Shown here: positions 18,118-27,427 of the stretch, piece after piece
Layout: each line of letters starts with the position of its first letter
How positions within the stretch are numbered: position 1 is the stretch's first letter
Source: Bacillota bacterium
Lineage (GTDB): Bacteria; Patescibacteriota; Patescibacteriia; Patescibacteriales; UBA12465
NCBI GenBank assembly: GCA_050259635.1
Contig: JBLNBA010000002.1
Coordinates: 154,906-218,905, forward strand
Length of the DNA stretch: 64,000 bases
Direction: 5' to 3'
Notes under the pieces: model-generated
Seen by the model: only the letters and a program-made list of their open reading frames with translations
Told to the model about the DNA's origin: nothing
The model's database searches: none
Position numbers and translations under genes: made by a program

Positions 18118-18744
18118 GTGAAAACAGATATTTTGATTTCAAATATCCCGACTTGGAAATTGAATGACATGGTAAAAAAGATTATGGCTCAAACAGGTAT
18201 AACCGAACCCGAAGAAGCGGTTAGGATGATGAATTCGGGCGAACTAGAAGTTCGTGTAAAGAAGTGGATTATTGAGGACGGAATAATTTGTTTCTCAGTA
18301 AAGTCTGATGGAGCGAGCGGAAATGAATGGATAACTCGTTTAAATCGGAGAGATATCCGATTAACCGGAAAGGCGGAAAAATTCTTACTATCAAAGAGGT
18401 TTAAGGCTACGTCAGGAAAATTGAGTAAAATCATAATCCTCAAGAATAGTTTGTTCCAGTTTTATGAACCCGACCTTCTGCAAATTCGCCAATACGCGGA
18501 AACGCTCGGCTTCTCTACTCCTGATGTGGAAACTGCCTGTCTAATCCGTGAAAAACTTTCTAGTAAGGATGTTGCTGAAATGGGATGCAAAAATATTGCC
18601 GTGATGCATAAGCCGATCAGGGTTGATGGCGAGCATCTTATATTTAATATTTGTGATATTGATAATATTACATTATTGAGTGCTATCAGCGAAGATCCTA
18701 ATGAAATTTGGTCTCTCGGTGGAGGATTCGCCTTTACGTCTTAG
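18118..18744 (+). CDS. hypothetical protein (GTG start), AT-rich orphan
   Basis: ORF with AAGGAGG Shine-Dalgarno upstream; no recognisable motifs. Confidence 0.45.
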   Translation: MKTDILISNIPTWKLNDMVKKIMAQTGITEPEEAVRMMNSGELEVRVKKWIIEDGIICFSVKSDGASGNEWITRLNRRDIRLTGKAEKFLLSKRFKATSGKLSKIIILKNSLFQFYEPDLLQIRQYAETLGFSTPDVETACLIREKLSSKDVAEMGCKNIAVMHKPIRVDGEHLIFNICDIDNITLLSAISEDPNEIWSLGGGFAFTS

Positions 18745-18797
18745 TACGGAAATTTGCCTCTGGTAATTTATTATCAGAGGCTTTTTAATTTCATATT

Positions 18798-18826
18798 TAA
18801 AAAAAGCTCCCTTTCGGGAGCTTTTC
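18798..18826. terminator. bidirectional terminator (GCTCCC-tttc-GGGAGC)
   Basis: A-run, GC stem, T-run between convergent genes. Confidence 0.7.
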
Positions 18827-18841
18827 ATATTTTTGGTTTAA

Positions 18842-20173
18842 TCAATGCAACTGCTGCTTGAATACCCCAGCCTGTCCGTCAATCTTCGCGTAGAAATAAA
18901 GGATTTCTTCTTTTTCGTCGATCGCTAATCCTGAAATCTGCTCGGCTTCAAGGACGGTGATGGGCAGTTTTTGTTCAAGGTTGAGATTCACTACTTGGAT
19001 CTTATTGGCACTGCTATAGACGAGGTAATTTTTGGTGCGGTTCCAATCCATGCCGGTAATTTCATCGCTTACTCGGATAAGGAGCTCTTGGCGTCCAGTC
19101 TTCAGATCCAAGGTGTTGATTTCGTAGCCGTTATGCCAGAGCAGGTAGCTTGCGTCCAGCCACTTCCAAGCGACTACCGGCTTTATCTGGCGGACGATGG
19201 GTTGGGAAGGATAATCAGCGAGGATATATAAGGAGTGTTGGCGGCGATCATATAGGTCTAGCCGTCCTTCCTGGCGGCGGAAGGCGTAATTGCCGGAAGG
19301 TATTTCGGAGGATGACTGTCGCAGGGAGGTTGAGGTATCGTAGACGCGCAGAAAACTCTTGCCTTCTTCTTGCTCTACCGTATATATTGAGTTTTCGTTT
19401 ACAGCATAGGAGACGTAATCTCCGCCGGATAAGACCGTGCTTGCCGTGTTGTTATCGGTGAGGAAGCAGCCGATGGTATTGTCCGAGCGATAATATACGC
19501 GGTTCGAGCTTTCATCCCAGAAGAAATCTACCGCTCCTTGGCCGAGCGTTCCAAGATCAAAGCTGGGCGTTCCTCCGTTTAAGCTGAAAAGCTTTCCGCC
19601 AAAGAAGGCTTGCGATCCGCTTTTGGACCATTGGACCGTATCTGCGCTGCCTTGCAGCCGGCTCGTTGTCTCGGTTTTCAGGTTTATCGCCGTGCCGTCT
19701 TTTGGAAGGATAAGGAAATTCTTCTTGGTTTCGGGGAAAGAAAGCTCTTGGGGGGCGCAAAGAGCAAGGCTGGATGGCGTGGAGCGCTTGAACAAGATCA
19801 TGTCTTCCGCAAAGGAAGCCTGTCCCGATTCAATACGTACTTTCTTTTCCAGCGGCCAATAGCCATCTTTCTCTAAGCGCAGTGTGTATTCTCCCGGTTC
19901 CAGGTTCTTGATTTTTGTCGGCGTGGTAATATCATTCCGCCCGATATCGATGAGCCAAGAGCGACGTTGGCGCTCACCATTCAAGTAGATCACGGCGCCT
20001 TGCGGTTCGCTATCGAGGATTAGCATGCCAGTCTTTTCGATCAAGCGATCGAAACGAGGTGGCCAGGTCTTCTTTAAGGTATATCCGGCCGCATGGAAGG
20101 ATACTAAAACTGTCGTCACGACGAAGACGACGATAAAAAGGATGAACAGCAAGTCTCTGATTTTTTTATTCAT
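18842..20173 (-). CDS. membrane-anchored PEGA-domain protein with beta-rich C-terminal region
   Basis: N-terminal TM; PEGA-like PQGAVIYLNGE...TP...NLEPGEYTLRLEKDGY. Confidence 0.45.
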   Translation of the reverse strand: MNKKIRDLLFILFIVVFVVTTVLVSFHAAGYTLKKTWPPRFDRLIEKTGMLILDSEPQGAVIYLNGERQRRSWLIDIGRNDITTPTKIKNLEPGEYTLRLEKDGYWPLEKKVRIESGQASFAEDMILFKRSTPSSLALCAPQELSFPETKKNFLILPKDGTAINLKTETTSRLQGSADTVQWSKSGSQAFFGGKLFSLNGGTPSFDLGTLGQGAVDFFWDESSNRVYYRSDNTIGCFLTDNNTASTVLSGGDYVSYAVNENSIYTVEQEEGKSFLRVYDTSTSLRQSSSEIPSGNYAFRRQEGRLDLYDRRQHSLYILADYPSQPIVRQIKPVVAWKWLDASYLLWHNGYEINTLDLKTGRQELLIRVSDEITGMDWNRTKNYLVYSSANKIQVVNLNLEQKLPITVLEAEQISGLAIDEKEEILYFYAKIDGQAGVFKQQLH

Positions 20174-20179
20174 ATAAGG

Positions 20180-21439
20180 TTATTCGGCACGGACTATATC
20201 GGCGCCTAATCCTTTAAGGCGCTCTTCCAATCTTTCATACCCGCGATCTATCTGGTAGATATTGTCGATTTCTGTCCGGCCCTCAGCGATCAAGCCAGCT
20301 ATCACTAAGGCGATACCGGCTCTTATATCCGGGCTTATCAGGCGTTTTCCATACAGACAGCAAGATCCTTGGACCACGACGCGATGAGGATCGCACATGG
20401 TGATGTTGGCCCCCATCTGAGAGAGCATGTCGGTCCAAAGCAGGCGTCGGTCGTAGATCACTTCTTGGATAAGGGAAGTCCCTTCCGCCTGGGTCATGAG
20501 GACGACATAGGGAGATTGTAAGTCGGTTGGGAAGCCCGGATACTCATGCGTTTTTAAGTCATGGGCGGTTATTTTTGCTCCTTTGAAGACTTTCAGATAA
20601 TCTTTGCCGGCTTCGTATTTCACCCCGATCTTATCAAAGATATCAAGCAGGCTGAGCAGGTGCTCAGGATTGCAGTCGGTGATGGTTATCTCCGCTTTGG
20701 CGGCGGCGGCAAGCAAGGCGAAGGAGCCGGCTTCCATCCGGTCGGGGATTATTCGGCAGAGTCCGCCTCCAAGCTTGGAAACGCCCTCGATCTTGATCAG
20801 GGTGCTGCCGGCGCCGGTAATTTTAGCCCCTTGGGAGTTTAGGTAATCCGCTAAAGCTTCTACTTCGGGCTCCATGGCGCAGTTGCGTAAGATGGTCGTG
20901 CCTTCCGCCAAGCAAGCGGTCATCATTAGGCTTTGGGTGCCGGTAACGCTCATTACGCTAAAAAAATAATCGCAGCCTTTAAGCTTCTTGGCCCGCAGGT
21001 GGTAATAACGGTCGCCATCAGAAATTTCCGCACCCATCTTTTTGAAGCCTTCAATGAAGAGATCGATTGGACGGCCGGCTGCTCCGATAACGCAGCCTCC
21101 GGGGTGAGGGAAATCCACTTGTCCGAAGCGAGCCAACAGGGGACCGACGAACATGACGGAGGTGCGGAATTTATCGGCAATTTTGGGGTCTAATTCGGTT
21201 TTGGTCACGGAGGAGGGATTAAGAACGACGGAATCGCCGTTCCGTTCTACCTTTACCCCCAAGTCTTCCAAAAGCTCCAAGGACTTCTCAACGCCGTCGA
21301 TAATAGGTAAGTTTTCAATTATCATTTTCTCTTCGGATAGCAGGCAAGCAGGCAGCATTATTTGGGCATTATTTTTGGCGCCCCCTACTTTAATCTCGCC
21401 GCTTAAGGGGCGGCCACCGTTGATGATGAATTTGGGCAT
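20180..21439 (-). CDS. murA: UDP-N-acetylglucosamine 1-carboxyvinyltransferase
   Basis: N-terminus MPKFIINGGRPLSGEIKVGGAKNNA; 419 aa. Confidence 0.85.
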   Translation of the reverse strand: MPKFIINGGRPLSGEIKVGGAKNNAQIMLPACLLSEEKMIIENLPIIDGVEKSLELLEDLGVKVERNGDSVVLNPSSVTKTELDPKIADKFRTSVMFVGPLLARFGQVDFPHPGGCVIGAAGRPIDLFIEGFKKMGAEISDGDRYYHLRAKKLKGCDYFFSVMSVTGTQSLMMTACLAEGTTILRNCAMEPEVEALADYLNSQGAKITGAGSTLIKIEGVSKLGGGLCRIIPDRMEAGSFALLAAAAKAEITITDCNPEHLLSLLDIFDKIGVKYEAGKDYLKVFKGAKITAHDLKTHEYPGFPTDLQSPYVVLMTQAEGTSLIQEVIYDRRLLWTDMLSQMGANITMCDPHRVVVQGSCCLYGKRLISPDIRAGIALVIAGLIAEGRTEIDNIYQIDRGYERLEERLKGLGADIVRAE

Positions 21440-21488
21440 AGAATGACAGCTGGGCTTAATTTTTAATAGTCTAATCTTAACTTATTTA

Positions 21489-21517
21489 TTGACATATTTC
21501 AAATATTTGGTAATATT
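21489..21517 (+). promoter_or_regulatory. promoter for rplU: TTGACA, 16-bp spacer, extended -10 TGgTAATAT
   Basis: consensus hexamers at 21489-21494 and 21508-21516. Confidence 0.5.
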
Positions 21518-21576
21518 GAAGGGTAAATCAGCGCACAGCCTGATTTTTTCTAATAATTTTGCTAATATTACATTGT

Positions 21577-21891
21577 ATGGCGAGAATCGCGGTTATTGCC
21601 ACCGGAGGCAAACAATATAAGGTCAAAGAGGGTGAAACTATCAAGGTGGAAAAACTCGAGTCCCAGGCTGGAGATAAGGTAGCTTTTGATACCCTCCTCA
21701 TTGCGGAAAGCGACGGAAGCTCCGTCCAGCTCGGCACCCCTTCTTTAGGGGAGAAGGTCAGCGGCGAAGTGATCGGCACAGCCAAGGAAGACAAGGTAAC
21801 GGTAGTTAAGTACAAGAGTAAAACCCGTTACAAGAGGACCGTCGGACATCGTCAGCTTAAGACTTCGGTCAAAATCCTGAGTATTGCCTAA
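21577..21891 (+). CDS. rplU: 50S ribosomal protein L21
   Basis: N-terminus MARIAVIATGGKQYKVKEGETIKVEKL; 104 aa from the internal Met. Confidence 0.85.
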   Translation: MARIAVIATGGKQYKVKEGETIKVEKLESQAGDKVAFDTLLIAESDGSSVQLGTPSLGEKVSGEVIGTAKEDKVTVVKYKSKTRYKRTVGHRQLKTSVKILSIA

Positions 21892-21910
21892 AATAATTCA
21901 TACCGGTTAT

Positions 21911-21942
21911 TAAAAGCCCGCTTTATTTAGAGCGGGCTTTTT
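21911..21942. terminator. bidirectional terminator (AGCCCGCT-loop-AGCGGGCT + T5)
   Basis: perfect 8-bp stem. Confidence 0.7.
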
Positions 21943-22148
21943 AGTAGGGATAGCATCATGGCGAGCCAAGGCTGGCGCATGAGCTTGGATCTGAGCCGGC
22001 GGAGGAGTGCAAGTACCCTCGCTAGCAACCTCAGAAGCGGTTTCTTCCAGGACGGTTTGAGCCGTACGGAAAAATAAATAGCGAGCCTGAGGAATAATAA
22101 GAAAAGAGCAAGGGACAAGAACATCGTTAATCCTCCATTATTATTTGT

Positions 22149-22739
22149 TTATATATTATTTCTAAATTTCAAGGCGTTGGCTAAAGTAAGTTCATCCGCA
22201 TATTCCAGATCGGAGCCGGCAGGCAGACCGCGGGCCAGGCGGCTGAGCTTGATATCCGGAAAAATCTTTTTCAGATAAAGCGCGGTGCTTTCTCCTTCCA
22301 AGGTGAAATTGAGAGCCAAGATCACTTCCGTTATTTTTCCTTCGCGGATTCTTTCCTTAAGCTTGGCAATAGGGAGCTCCTCGGGTCCGATGCCCTCTAA
22401 AGTGTTGAGCAGGCCGCCAAGCACGAAGTAGCGACCGGTATATTGTCTGGTGTTCTCAATGACGGCCAGGTCCTGGATATTCTCAACAATGCAAAGCGTA
22501 CCCCCCGTACGTTCCTTGTCTGAGCAGATGGGGCAGGGATCTTGGGAGGAATATGCCAGGCAGATTGAACATTTTTTAGCTTTGCGAGGGAGCTCGGACA
22601 AAGAAGCGGCCAATGCTTGGAGGTCGGCGGGAGATGACTCCAGCAAATGAAAAACATAGCGCTCCGCAGTTTTGGGTCCGACACTCGGCAGCTTGGCGAA
22701 GCGGGTGATTAATTCTTGGATGTAATCGGGGTATCTCAT
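22149..22739 (-). CDS. recR: recombination protein RecR
   Basis: HhH N-terminus, C4 zinc finger CSICLAYSSQDPCPIC, Toprim region. Confidence 0.85.
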   Translation of the reverse strand: MRYPDYIQELITRFAKLPSVGPKTAERYVFHLLESSPADLQALAASLSELPRKAKKCSICLAYSSQDPCPICSDKERTGGTLCIVENIQDLAVIENTRQYTGRYFVLGGLLNTLEGIGPEELPIAKLKERIREGKITEVILALNFTLEGESTALYLKKIFPDIKLSRLARGLPAGSDLEYADELTLANALKFRNNI

Positions 22740-23014
22740 TAGCTTAAGCCAGGGAATCCGCCCATTTCCTGCATCTTCTTGGCCATTAAGCGCTGGGTGC
22801 GTTTAATTGCCTCATTGAAGCATGATTTGACGGCGGACGTCTGGGCATCGAGGCCAAGTTCCGGATTGAGGACAAGTTCGGTAATCTCGAGATTGCCGTT
22901 CAAGGTCAGTTTGACCCCGTCTTTTTCCTCGGTCACACTTTCTTTGGAGAGAGCGTTCTGCATTACTTTGGCTTGGCTGCGTAAGTCTTTGAACTGTTTA
23001 AGCTTATTGAACAT
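22739..23014 (-). CDS. ybaB: nucleoid-associated protein YbaB/EbfC
   Basis: N-terminus MFNKLKQFKDLRSQAKVMQN...; overlaps recR by 1 nt. Confidence 0.8.
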   Translation of the reverse strand: MFNKLKQFKDLRSQAKVMQNALSKESVTEEKDGVKLTLNGNLEITELVLNPELGLDAQTSAVKSCFNEAIKRTQRLMAKKMQEMGGFPGLS

Positions 23015-23052
23015 AATGTTTGTACTTTATACTTTTATATCTTATCTAGGCT

Positions 23053-24447
23053 TTATTTAGCTGGGGAGGAGGGGTATGTCTGATTGGACAGATTGCGGAA
23101 GCTGGCGGTGTTCTCGTCGAAGAAAAGGTCTATCTTGCCGGTGGGGCCGTTACGGTGCTTGGCGATATGGACTTCCGCTTTATAGCGTTCATCCATAGGG
23201 AGGTCGTTCGGGTTATATGAGCGGTCTGCCGCTTTGCGATAAAGGAACATAACGATATCGGCATCCTGCTCGATTGAGCCGGAGTCGCGGAGATGGGAGA
23301 GCTTGGGAATGGCGGGGCTGGTTTGTTCCACGGCGCGTGAGAGCTGGGCGAGGGCAAGGACCGGGATATTAAGTTCACGGGCGATGCCTTTCAGGCCGCG
23401 GCTGATTTCACCTATTTCCTGGACGCGATTGTCGTTGTACCGACCCCTGCCTTCCATGAGCTGGAGATAATCGATCACTATCAGACCGAGGCCTTTTTCC
23501 ATTTGGAGACGGCGGCATTTAGCGCGGATTTCCATCACGCTCAGCGTGCTGGAGTCGTCGATGTAGATGGGAGCGTCGGCTAATTCTCCCATGGCCTTAC
23601 CGATCTTGGTAAAATCATTATCTTCTTCGCGGTCCGAAAGATTACCGGTGCGCATTTTCCACAGGTTTACATTAGCTTGGGCGCAGAGCATGCGGTCCAC
23701 TAATTGTTCTTTTCCCATTTCCAGAGAAAAGATGCCGACACCGGCTTTATTGCGTATGGCCGCTTGCCGGGCAATATCCAGGGCAAAAGAAGTTTTACCG
23801 ACGCTCGGACGAGCGGCGAGGATAATGAGATCGGATTTCTGCAGTCCGGCAAGTAGGGAATCTAGATCGGTGAAACCGGTGGAGAGGCCGCGGAGCTTTC
23901 CGCCGCGCTTATGGAGCTCATCTATGCGTTCGAAAGCGTCGGTGAGGAGGCTGTCTAAGGGGAGAAAGGCATTTTTGAGATATTTTCTTGAGACTCCGAA
24001 TATCCTTTTTTCTGTCTCATCAAGGACTTCATCAATATCGCGGTCCTCGTCAAAGCTGGCGCTGGTTATTTCTGCGGCTGCCTGTTGGAGACGGCGGAGA
24101 GTGGCCTTCTTCTGGATGATATTCGCATATTGGGCAACATTGCCGGCGGTAGCGACGGCATTTGCCAGTTTGGCCAGATAGGTACGGCCGCCGATATCGG
24201 CGAGTTGGCGCTTGTCTTCCAGCTTGTTGGCAAGCGTAATGATGTCTATCGGCTCCTGGCTGTTGTACAGTTCCTGGACCGCTTCGTAGATTTTCTGGTT
24301 AGCGTGGCGATAAAAGTCTTGAGGAAGCAGCAAATCTACGACTTTAATGATGGCATCCTTGTCTATAAGAAGACAACCGAGGAGGGATTCCTCTGCTTCC
24401 AGGCTGTGTGGCGGTATCTTTTCGATGAGGCTTTTTTCGGCTGCCAT
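23053..24447 (-). CDS. dnaB: replicative DNA helicase DnaB
   Basis: N-terminus LEAEESLLGCLLID; RecA-like C-terminal domain with Walker A GKTSFALD. Confidence 0.85.
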   Translation of the reverse strand: MAAEKSLIEKIPPHSLEAEESLLGCLLIDKDAIIKVVDLLLPQDFYRHANQKIYEAVQELYNSQEPIDIITLANKLEDKRQLADIGGRTYLAKLANAVATAGNVAQYANIIQKKATLRRLQQAAAEITSASFDEDRDIDEVLDETEKRIFGVSRKYLKNAFLPLDSLLTDAFERIDELHKRGGKLRGLSTGFTDLDSLLAGLQKSDLIILAARPSVGKTSFALDIARQAAIRNKAGVGIFSLEMGKEQLVDRMLCAQANVNLWKMRTGNLSDREEDNDFTKIGKAMGELADAPIYIDDSSTLSVMEIRAKCRRLQMEKGLGLIVIDYLQLMEGRGRYNDNRVQEIGEISRGLKGIARELNIPVLALAQLSRAVEQTSPAIPKLSHLRDSGSIEQDADIVMFLYRKAADRSYNPNDLPMDERYKAEVHIAKHRNGPTGKIDLFFDENTASFRNLSNQTYPSSPAK

Positions 24448-24619
24448 AGACTAATTTCTTAAAATTGCCCTTATATTCTATCTTACATCGCCCTTTGGGG
24501 CAAGGCAAGATATTAACCCGTTTTACACGGATTATACCCAAGGCCCCAGATTTTGGCGCGGTTTGACAGGTAATCCTTCTTATCCTAAAGTGGAAGAGCA
24601 ACTAACAAAGGAGGAAAAA

Positions 24620-25081
24620 ATGAAACGGCAAATAGATGGTTTTTTAAAAATCCTTGGCTTGCATCGATTGAAGATAGATATTGATGCTTTAAGGAAAGAT
24701 ATAGCTCCTTTTGACGAAGAAAATTGGATCAAAATCGGTACCTTAACTAAAAATGAAAAAAGGCTGTACGCTGTCGCTGACTGGTGCGGGAAAAATGGAG
24801 ACCGTTTAAGCAACGAAAGCGGAATCATCGAATTTTGCTCAGAAGAGCTGAGGGAAACACTGGAGATCAATTGTGATCATAAAGATGATAATAGCGTTAA
24901 GTTAAAGGCGCTTGAACTGATGTGTAGTTCATATCTTAATTATCTTCTGCATGAGCGCTTATATATAAGCATGATGATACCATTGCTTGTGTTTGATGAT
25001 TTTTCGGTATGTTATTATGTCCCAAGTACGGTAAGGCCGGTCCCAGGGAAGTGGGTAATTCCCGAGTTCGCCAAAAACTAA
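24620..25081 (+). CDS. hypothetical Cys-containing protein, AT-rich orphan
   Basis: ORF with AAAGGAGGAAAAAATG Shine-Dalgarno; lower GC than neighbours; no motif recognised. Confidence 0.45.
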   Translation: MKRQIDGFLKILGLHRLKIDIDALRKDIAPFDEENWIKIGTLTKNEKRLYAVADWCGKNGDRLSNESGIIEFCSEELRETLEINCDHKDDNSVKLKALELMCSSYLNYLLHERLYISMMIPLLVFDDFSVCYYVPSTVRPVPGKWVIPEFAKN

Positions 25082-25086
25082 ACCTA

Positions 25087-25114
25087 ATCACCTCATAAAA
25101 GAGGTGATTTTTTA
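25087..25114 (+). terminator. terminator (ATCACCTC-ataaaa-GAGGTGAT + T7)
   Basis: perfect 8-bp stem. Confidence 0.65.
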
Positions 25115-25159
25115 TTGTTTATTACAAAAAATCACCCATAAAGGTGATGTTTTTTTCAG

Positions 25160-25233
25160 GAGCCGCCTGTCGGATTCGAACCCACGACCTGCTGTTTACA
25201 AAACAGCTGCTCTAACCAGCTGAGCTAAGGCGG
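25160..25233 (-). tRNA. tRNA-Thr (anticodon UGU)
   Basis: cloverleaf deduced by hand: acceptor GCCGCCT/AGGCGGC, anticodon stem GCUGU/ACAGC, loop UUUGUAA. Confidence 0.8.
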
Positions 25234-25244
25234 CGACAAGCTAA

Positions 25245-25321
25245 ATGGTGCGCCCAGAGGGATTCGAACCCACGACCGTCTCCTTAAAAGGGAGCTGCTC
25301 TACCAACTGAGCTATAGGCGC
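25245..25321 (-). tRNA. tRNA-Lys (anticodon UUU), CCA encoded
   Basis: acceptor GCGCCTA/TGGGCGC, GTTCGAATCC T-arm, anticodon loop CUUUUAA. Confidence 0.8.
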
Positions 25322-25485
25322 GTATGTTTGATAGGGAAGGGCAATAAAAATAGCCCTAAAGCTATATGATTAATTTGATATTAACAAAAACTTTTAGCTC
25401 TGACAATAGGGCGAAGCTTCCGGATAATAAAGGTACCTTGCATAATAAGGTAGTGTATGATATGATGTAATCAAATTAATAAAAT

Positions 25486-25824
25486 ATGGAAAAGATCAAT
25501 CTAGAAAACTCGCAAGCGCAGATGAGAAAAGGCTTTTTGGAATATTGCATCCTTCTTATCATTTCCAGGCAAAAGGCTTACGCCTCTGATATCCTGGCAG
25601 AACTCAGAAAGGCAGACTTGCTGGTTGTTGAGGGAACGCTGTATCCCTTGCTTAGCCGTTTGAAAAATTCAGGCATGCTGGATTACCACTGGCAGGAATC
25701 AAAGAGCGGTCCGCCGCGTAAGTACTATGAGCTTACCGCTCTCGGACGGACGATGCTCAAGCAGTTGGACGGGACCTGGGAAACGCTTCAATTATCAATT
25801 AGCGCCTTACGCGAATTACGTTAA
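25486..25824 (+). CDS. PadR-family transcriptional regulator
   Basis: motif CILLIIS...YASDI...GTLYPLLSRLKNSGML, a PadR winged HTH. Confidence 0.75.
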   Translation: MEKINLENSQAQMRKGFLEYCILLIISRQKAYASDILAELRKADLLVVEGTLYPLLSRLKNSGMLDYHWQESKSGPPRKYYELTALGRTMLKQLDGTWETLQLSISALRELR

Positions 25825-25831
25825 TAAAAAT

Positions 25832-27355
25832 ATGGAAAAGACAATCTCAATCAATTTAGGCGGCAATCTCTTCTATGCCGAAGAGGACGCCTACCAACGC
25901 CTAGACTCTTATCTTAAGGAAGTGGAACGCTACTTCAAAGAGCAGGAGGATGACAGCGAGGAGATCCTTAAGGACATAGAGACCAGCTTGGCCGAGCACT
26001 TTACCGCGGCGGGGGCCGGTGACCTTAAGCGGGCTGTAACCCTTTCCGAGGTGGAGGACGCCTTGAAAGACATGGGTACTATCCATGACTTCTCTGGCGG
26101 CAATGAAGCCCGGGTGGAAGCGCCCTCGGATGGTCCGCGCCGCTTTTATCGCGATAGCGAGCATGCGGTAATCGGAGGCGTTTGCTCTGGGCTCGGGCAT
26201 TATTTCGGCGTTGATCCGGTTTGGATCCGCCTGCTCTTCGCACTGTCAATCTTTTTCTGGGGGTTTGGTGTGGTTATCTACCTCTTGATCTGGATAGCCG
26301 CTCCGGAAGCCAAAACGGTTTCGGAAAAACTGGTAATGCAGGGTGCGGCCGTGAATCTGTCTTCCTTGTCCGCTAAAATGAAGGAAGGGATCGATTCGGA
26401 AAAGGTGAGGCAGACAGGAAATGCTATATCCCGGTTTTTCAATCGCTTGTTTGATCTTATCGGCCGCCTTATCAGAGGTATCGGGCCACTTATCAGAATT
26501 TTGATTGCGCTTTTCTTCGGCTTCTTCGCTCTCGCCGGATTCGTTTTGATCAGCTTGATGGGTGTCGTGGCGGTTTGGAGCGGTCGGCAGTATTTCGACC
26601 CCGGCTTGATCGCCGCCATCGGCTGGCCTTATCCTTGGCTGGTTCTCAGCAGCGTCTTAGTCTTGGTCTTACCTTGTTTAGCGGCCGTTTTCGCCGCTAT
26701 CGCCCTCTTGCGCAAAAAGAATTGGGTTTCGGTCGGAGTTTGGATTGGGCTATTCCTTGTCTGGTTTGTGAGTGTTCTGGCAGCCGGGGCTTTATTCAGC
26801 GATTCCTTTGTGAGAGTGAAGCCATATGTAGAAGAGGTCGGACAGGCATCTATCCCGCTCCAGGGCGAGGCCGATACGGTCCGGCTCGAAGCCCCGTATT
26901 ATCTTTCGGTCGTTCCGGGAGAGAAGCTCGCTTTACATGTCGAGGGCCATCCGGCAGATATCTCCCGGGTAAGGGCGGAGATAAAGGACAAGGTGTTAAC
27001 CATTAGCCGCGATGACCAGGAATGGCTGTATGTCAATTACGGCCGTAACGTGAGACTGGTGTTAGAGGCCCCGGTGTCCATGCGGAAGGTGGAAATACAG
27101 GGAGGTGGCTTTTTGGATGCAGGCCAATGGCCAGGACAGCCCTTGCAGGTTATATATAAGGACAGAAGCCTGGACATAAGGACGGTAAACAGCACTTCAT
27201 ATTATATCCAGGAAGGAATCCCTTCCGCTGGCAGCGCCCAGGCGGGCACATGGGGTGTCACTGAAGGCGATGCTGGAAATATCCGGATGCAGATCATGAA
27301 AGAAGGTCCTCAAATGGAGGCAGTACCCGTGATCAATGCGATTAAGGTCAGATAA
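25832..27355 (+). CDS. PspC-domain membrane protein
   Basis: PspC domain IGGVCSGLGHYFGVDPVWIRLLF; follows padR; ORF-track start at 25727 overlaps padR and was rejected. Confidence 0.7.
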   Translation: MEKTISINLGGNLFYAEEDAYQRLDSYLKEVERYFKEQEDDSEEILKDIETSLAEHFTAAGAGDLKRAVTLSEVEDALKDMGTIHDFSGGNEARVEAPSDGPRRFYRDSEHAVIGGVCSGLGHYFGVDPVWIRLLFALSIFFWGFGVVIYLLIWIAAPEAKTVSEKLVMQGAAVNLSSLSAKMKEGIDSEKVRQTGNAISRFFNRLFDLIGRLIRGIGPLIRILIALFFGFFALAGFVLISLMGVVAVWSGRQYFDPGLIAAIGWPYPWLVLSSVLVLVLPCLAAVFAAIALLRKKNWVSVGVWIGLFLVWFVSVLAAGALFSDSFVRVKPYVEEVGQASIPLQGEADTVRLEAPYYLSVVPGEKLALHVEGHPADISRVRAEIKDKVLTISRDDQEWLYVNYGRNVRLVLEAPVSMRKVEIQGGGFLDAGQWPGQPLQVIYKDRSLDIRTVNSTSYYIQEGIPSAGSAQAGTWGVTEGDAGNIRMQIMKEGPQMEAVPVINAIKVR

Positions 27356-27377
27356 TTGATAAAATGAAGTAAGCAGC

Positions 27378-27412
27378 AAAAAAGCCCTGATTAATCTCAG
27401 GGCTTTTATTTA
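27378..27412. terminator. bidirectional terminator (AGCCCTGA-loop-TCAGGGCT)
   Basis: 8-bp stem between convergent genes. Confidence 0.7.
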
Positions 27413-27427
27413 CTTAATTTAATGCTG

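Noticed and set aside
21944-22148. SRP RNA, 6S RNA, tmRNA or RNase P in the rplU-recR gap
   Set aside because: None of the hallmark conserved motifs for these RNAs was recognisable. Kept only as a low-interest finding.
23567-24181. 204-aa plus-strand ORF inside dnaB
   Set aside because: Antisense shadow ORF of dnaB with low-complexity Ser/Arg-rich translation.
25727-25831. 5' extension of the PspC-domain ORF as given in the ORF track
   Set aside because: It overlaps padR in another frame. The Met at 25832, right after the padR stop, gives a sensible operon.
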